DNA of 54,288 nt, counting the filler, from Catajapyx aquilonaris (Eukaryota), in NCBI GenBank assembly GCA_000934665.2. It is 2 parts of 2 records of this genome, joined end to end, with 100 filler letters (N's around TTAATTAATTAA, not from the genome) between each part and the next. Parts side by side here need not be neighbours in the genome. Positions count along the whole stretch, not along the records: positions 27,205 to 54,288 come from JYFJ02005112.1; 1 more part is not named here. One strand, given 5' to 3'. The position numbers and the translations under genes are program-made. Below the pieces are notes generated by a model. It made no database searches, had not been told where the DNA came from, and saw nothing but the letters and a program-made list of their open reading frames with translations. Positions 48,101 to 54,288 of the stretch are shown here, one piece after another; position 1 is the first letter of the stretch, and every line of letters begins with the position of its first letter.

Positions 48101-49528
48101 TGTTGAAAATCACACGCTTTGAAATCGCCGAAATTGAAAACCCAACGTTACCTATTTTCATGCGGACACAATTTTTCGAGTTTTTCCTAAATTCGGACCA
48201 TTGCTTCCACAGACCTCCTTCCCGGTGCTGTCGATTGCCACGACATAAATTTCATTTGCAAATATTAAGACCCCAGCCTTATCCTCAACCTCATCCCTCC
48301 GTATTCCCCTGCTGACCAGAACTGAACTATAAATGGATCCCGCGATGTAGCTGTCTTCATAGTGTGAAAGAAAGAGACTCAAGGGCGCAGTTGAGGCGCT
48401 CAGAAACACTGGACAATCTGGGAACTCAAAACAGGATATCCTTGTACTAAGCCGAGATGCACGATGGAGGTCGCACTACTCTGCAAAGGCCAAAGGAAAG
48501 GGATTAATCCACCTATACACAGCTACATCCCCGTGGGAAAATGTTCCTTCCTCACCATCCAGCTTACACTTTTTTTTTGGATTTTCAGAATATTGGGAAA
48601 ATATATTCACTACCCAGCAGGCAATGAGTGTCACAAGTTTCAGACATCAACATTATCAGAAAGTTGTACCGACACAATATGGATATATAAATTTTGAAGA
48701 AAAAAAAATGATATACTGTAACACATAAAGTAGGTCAGCAACCAGTTTCCCGCATTGTCGGACATTACTAATTACTTGAACCAGAAATAGTTGAATGCGA
48801 ACCCATCGAGTACACTCGACTCATTACTGGAACACAAAGGGTTCACATAATGCTCTTGTCATTAGACACCTGACGTACGGTTGTCCTTTTTGATTGGCCA
48901 ACTCCTAATTATAAATCGTCCTGTGAGTACGACACGACCAAAAGGAGCACCTATACATACGACAGGCGGATAACGCCCGTTAATTTGAGTGTGATGAATG
49001 AACAATAGTGGCTTAAGGGCGATTATTTGAAATCCACTTGCCAGAGATGGTGTTGCTCTGGGTGTGCAGCTTTTTACAGTCAACAAGCCGGACGCGTTTA
49101 CTAAACAAGTAAACACAACAATTATGTTTTGTCAAGTAAATTAAATCAACCTGGATCCCATGTAGGCTTAGCAGACGCCGCTTCATTTCGGTCCACTGTT
49201 TGCCGTCGGAAATGAAAACCTGTACAAAAAAAAAGAAGAAAAAAATGTGTTTTCCATCATCCTTCCTCTCCTCCCTGTTATTGGAAACTAAATACAGATC
49301 TGAGTTCAAAACAAGACTGATCCAATAGCAACACTCTTCCCGCAGGCCACATCAGAACCTGAGACCTGCGAGGCGGTGGCATTGGTCCTCCATTACCTGG
49401 ACTTGGTCACCAGCTTCTGGCTCCTGTCTCATGGGATCCACACTTACCTGACCTTACGTCAACACACCAAACGACACATCCGGGATTACTGCATCCTCTC
49501 GTGGGCAATTCCACTGGTCTTCGTGGTG
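35360..49528 (+). CDS. Family-B/adhesion-like GPCR (partial): mucin-like stalk plus TM1-TM4
   Basis: join(35360-36176, 36264-36564, 49346-49528) is in frame. 7tm_2 hallmarks: NLVMALLAGNLVF (TM2), TCEAVALVLHYLDLVTSFWLLSHG (TM3), YCILSWAIPLVFV (TM4). The N- and C-terminal exons were not found. Confidence 0.85.
36264..36564 (+). CDS. GPCR TM1-TM2 exon
   Basis: ttacag acceptor, two hydrophobic helices, CAG|gtaggc donor. Confidence 0.85.
49346..49528 (+). CDS. GPCR TM3-TM4 exon
   Basis: cccgcag|ATSEPETCEAVALVLHY...SWAIPLVFVV|gtgagt. Confidence 0.88.
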
Positions 49529-50759
49529 GTGAGTAGCTCTCTTCCTTTTGCCTTCTAATTATTCATGAGCAATATGCAGTTGGTCGCAACCGGAACGATG
49601 GGCCCTGCCACCCATTCCACCCCTTCTCCTCACGTAAGCGAATCCAAATGACAGGGTCATTTGCAAGGTAATTGAGGAAGGATACGAATCCCGAGGAGGG
49701 TGAGCCCGTTTCGTGTTTTCAGCCATTTCTTTTTTTAAACCCTCCGGCTCATCAGATCGTAATTCTGCAGACCCTGACTAGCGTTGAGCTTCAACATCTG
49801 CGCAGAATGGGGAAAAAGGAGTGCGTGCACACAGTGGCCCAGATTCAGCAAAACTGCAGTGCACAATATATACAGGGGAGGAAAAACGTGGTAATATCAC
49901 ATATGGAGAGTCTGGATCAAAAAATACTGTAATGTTACATAATATGGACGTGATTTAGTTTGGAGGAAAAGTTGCATCGTGGTTTGTTGGCAGATTGACT
50001 CTAAAAAATGAGGGGGTATTGGTGGATGGCCTTCTAGACCTTCTTCTAGGGTGATTTTTCACCCAAAGCGTCATGCAAACAAGCTTGGGATTTATGGGTC
50101 GGGTTACAGCAGAGCTGCAAAAAAGTTTAGATGGCTCGAAGCGCAAAAAGCCTTGATTCCACTACGCCTCGGGGATTTCAAAATCTACTGCTGATCTATT
50201 TGTCACTTGCTACCACTGATAGGGTGACATCGGGAATGGAAGAAAATACCACTTATATTTTTATTCCTTCCACTAATGTGGAATGATTCATAAATTGAAG
50301 AAGAAAAAAAATTGATGTAATTTACGAGGTGTTTCAGAAAGAAAGCAGAATGAAACTGCAAATAAATTTTAAAAACCAGATTCCTCTGCTTCTGGCATTG
50401 CTCCAACCTAACGGAGCGAACATGGCAAATAGAAGTTGACTCACAGTTTACATCGCCTATCAGGGAAAATCAGATATGCAGTAAAATGTTGACAGCTAGG
50501 AAATACAGTTTGCATCCGTATGGAAAAGGTACAGATGGTGTTCTCTGGTTCCAACTGATACAAATGTTTCCCCACCATCATCTACAGTTAACATTAAAGC
50601 TATAATAGCATTATCATGTTTCAATATTTATAAAAGTACGCAGAAGTCGGTCCATACCCAAACTTAATTATGCGAACTGATGCTATTTTTGTTATAATCT
50701 CTATAAACTAGCTTTTAGTTCATAAAATTGTAAACAAATTTATGTTTGCAAATGAATAG

Positions 50760-51053
50760 CCCAATAGAACAAAAGCCGAACTCCAAGGCGGAAAAAGGTA
50801 AGTTATACAAAAAAAAGTCGCAATTTGTAAACTAATTGCGATACACGTGCGGAAATCGCCATGGCTTCCTATCCTGCGATTTTCACACCGATAGGACCCA
50901 CGGGCGAAGCAGAGGGGCGAAATTTGTACCTTGGAGTTCGGCCCTTGTTCTTTTGGGAAGGAGGCGGGGACATATGGTTAGGAAAAAAGGTGGGGGTGGA
51001 AGCCCCAAAAAATCGTCATTTTAAAACTACGGTATTTAAGGTTAATGTGTGAG
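50760..51053 (+). mobile_element. Repeat with inverted ends (GCCGAACTCCAAGG / CCTTGGAGTTCGGC), copy 1
   Basis: IR-bounded 50760-50957; homologous to 52491-52709 (inverted) and 54087-54288. Confidence 0.75.
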
Positions 51054-51441
51054 AGAGTAAATCCTTTATGACCAAAACCGCCGTGCCATCCTCTGTTGTG
51101 ATTTTCACTGCGATACAACCAGTTGGCGAAGCAGGACACTTGTATTTTGAGTCCGGCCCTGGTTCGATTGGAAAAGTTGATCTGATATTTTTCGAGTGCA
51201 AGGAATAATGAACTCAGGCAGAAATAACAATCATGTACTGTATAATGGTATGTGCTTTGCATATTTTTATTTTACTCTCAGTTGTCAGGTATATCGCTTT
51301 CTGATGAAGCATTCTTCTGCCACTGAAGACTCGATTTAGTGCATATTGAGGTAGAGTTTGGCATCCTCAGAAAGAAACCTGTAAAGCCTTTTGACATTGG
51401 CCAGTTTCGAAACGTTCACGATTTGTGTTGTTCGTAAAAGA

Positions 51442-52381
51442 CACTGCACTCCCGCTTATCCGTGCTAATGGCTGCTCGGGTGTCGCCAGATCCAATAATC
51501 GGAAAACACGGATAATCAGAAAATGGTCCTACATACCGTAAAATGGGCTATTCGCAGGTTTTACATGAACGACTGTACATCTGTACAATGTACATACTGT
51601 ATCCGGCTTTAAATAATATTAATCCTAATTAGAAACTATTCCCTGCATCTTTAGTTTGTCTTCTGGAAAAAGTCTGTGATGATTGGGGACATTCACATAT
51701 CACTTCCGGTGAAGACCGGAGCCATTAAAATTCAAGCATACTTCCCTCCTCCCTGAGTCACGGTTCCCTTCACGAAATACAGTACCGTGTCGAAAAAATC
51801 AACAGTCAACAATAGAATGGCTCTAACAATGGGAGACGCGTTTTACTCTGGAAAAGGGGCTGTCTTTTGCCTCGCTCTCAAATAAACCACTCCGTCCTCT
51901 ATGGAAAGTATTCCTCATAGTCAGATAAATGCCAGAAAAATAATATCTAAAGCTCATGTCCACGAAGAAAATCTCTATGATGGACGAAAACCAATGGCTC
52001 GTAGGTGTGAGCTCGTTCCATTCCAAGTATATCTGACCGAAATTATGGGGCTGTCTTTCATACTTAGTAAGGGGTTAATAATTTAAAAATATATATATAT
52101 TTATACCAAAACCAATATTAGCAAAGGTGGCGGTCCCCTTATTGTGGACTGTTTCCTATACCAGGTGCTCCCTGCCTATACTGACAATGAGCAGTCCACG
52201 TGTTGGGCTAGCTCGGGTCACTTGCCCTATAGTATACATGCGGATGGTGGCAGGCAGGCAGCTATTGTATCTAGTAGATGTATATGTGGTTCGTGAGCAA
52301 AAATGCCGTTTTTTTCAATTGTCCTCGGTTTTAGCCATGCCTCCCTGAATAATCCTCACCCGGATAATCGGGAATACAGTG
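51442..52381. mobile_element. Degenerate Tigger/pogo-like TIR element
   Basis: Imperfect TIRs CACTGCACTCCCGCTTATCCG / CGGATAATCGGGAATACAGTG. Confidence 0.45.
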
Positions 52382-52490
52382 TAATGCCATATAACAAAAT
52401 GGATTCGTACACGTAGTCTGTATCTGTCTATTCACCCGTTGCATTATTCCATGCACTCGAAAATTATCCGGTCTACGAGTAGCCTACTTT

Positions 52491-52709
52491 CCCAATAGTA
52501 CCAGGGCCGGACTTCGAGGTACAAATGTGGGCCCCCTGCTTCGTCCGTGGGTCCTATCGGAGTGAAAATCGCAGGATAGGATGCCATGGCGATTTCAGGC
52601 GTATTCACTTTATTTCCGTACGTGTATCGCAAATAGTTTACAAATGGCGATTTATTTCGTATACCACCACCTTTTTTTCCACCTTGGAGTTCGGCCCTGG
52701 TATATTGGG
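52491..52709 (-). mobile_element. Repeat with inverted ends, copy 2
   Basis: Reverse complement of 50760-50957; CAGGGCCG...CGGCCCTG (hAT-like). Confidence 0.75.
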
Positions 52710-54086
52710 CTTATTCAATCTATATTCTTTCAGCAATACATGAATATGGAAAATGACGATCCATGTGCATGTAGGTAAACCAAAACACTATCCAATTATT
52801 CCGCTAACATAACTGTTCACGTGTTAATCAGGCGAACACAATGCGAAAACTATGACATTGCCTCTGCATTGCGTCAAAGTAATTATATATATGACCTTTT
52901 TACTAGCGTCCGAAATGTTATGCACTAAAAATTAACACCAGCCCGGCAAAAAAGACAGTCCCATCCAATACTAGAATCGAGCTCGCAGCACATCCCATAT
53001 ATCTTACGAGATAAATAGAATATGGGCCTTTCACCAACTAGTCTCAACTATTTGCTATATTCTTTGCCACAAGAAAAAGATACGATTGACCCATATGTGG
53101 GTCAGGTCTTGCAATTTTTTAGGAAGAGTACTTATTTTTCACGTACATAAACCAGCTTCATGATTCTATTAGTCATGAGTCATGACTCATGACTGAAAGG
53201 AACTTGCATAGTGGAGCATTCGACAAAATAATAGAGGCAATAAATTATTGAAGCAGTGACATGGGATAAGTCACAAATGATATTTTTGTACAGGGGCTAG
53301 GCAAAAAAACCAGTTTTGAGGACACCGTGAAGCAAAATATACGCAAAATATATATTTTGTTGGATTTGTTACGCAAATTCACGAAAAGTCAAAGTAAACG
53401 CAGTTGATGACTTTAACAATTATTAAATATAGGCTACTTTTTTGTGGGTCATTTCTCATTGTGACTTAACGCCCTTTCCCCTGTCAACGCCTCAGTTGAA
53501 ATGTAGGTCGACACTGACTCGCTGAATTTTGAGATTGACAGTTTAAAGTTTGAAAATATCGTGTTTCCCTTATGGAACCCCCTTTTTCCGAGAATTTCTT
53601 AGGGTGCTTCAATTGTCTTGTCGAAAAATAATTGATTTGACCATCAGAAGATATGAGTCAATGGTCAATGACTTGATTACAGAAAACTAAATGTCATTTC
53701 GACCAAATATATATATGTTCTTTCGGCATCTTGTCTTTTAATAAATTAGCCAAAGAAATCCAAGCTATGTATAATTAAAATGTTTAAAAAAGCATGAACT
53801 TCAGGAAACAAGAATTAGTATTGGGCACATACACTATAGGGCTCAGACCAAGAAAATTAGGACAAGTTCTGACATGGCTTGGGTACCCGACACAACTCAC
53901 ATCATTNTGATCATCCAAATTAAAGGGAACTTCCAGTGGTGCTGCAATTTGGTATGCTGGTAGAGCTTGTCAAACAAACATCCGAATAAATCTTAAAGCG
54001 GCACTTTTTTGAGTCTAAATGCTCGAAAAAAATGCGGATTGTGGCAGCTATTGTACAAGATGTAAATGTTGCTCGTGAGCAAAATT

Positions 54087-54288
54087 GCCATGGCATCCTA
54101 TCCAGCGATTTTCACACCGATAGCGATAGGACCCACGGGCGAAGCAGAGGGCCCAGGTTTGTACCTTGGAGTTCGGCCCTTGTTCTATTGAGAAGGAGGC
54201 GGGGACATATGGTTAGGAAAAAAGGTGGGGGTGGAAGCCCCAAAAAATCGTCATTTTAAAACTACGGTATTTAAGGTTAATGTGTGAG
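54087..54288 (+). mobile_element. Repeat copy 3 (runs off the window end)
   Basis: Near-identical to 50858-51053, including the 3' flank. Confidence 0.75.

Overview
Eukaryotic genomic DNA, probably arthropod (inferred from short GT-AG introns, tRNA-derived SINEs and dense MITEs). A 100-nt artificial linker at 27105-27204 splits the window, so the two halves may not be truly adjacent. Left half, all on the minus strand: a complete 4-exon dUTPase (148 aa); a divergent CREB3/CrebA-like bZIP gene whose introns are packed with nested palindromic transposons and a decayed Ty3/Gypsy gag-protease relic; and an F-box/LRR gene (about 396 aa once a 52-nt intron is removed). A pseudogenic LRR exon lies on the plus strand facing the F-box gene. 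Right half: three tRNA-Leu(AAG) genes in a ~410-bp tandem array, and three exons of a family-B/adhesion-like GPCR with a Ser/Thr-rich stalk and no visible GPS motif. All gene models were assembled by eye from splice signals and frame compatibility. No database searches were run. I found no clearly novel multi-gene system. The best leads are the RT-less gag-protease element, the 3-kb foldback element, the divergent bZIP and the GPS-less receptor.
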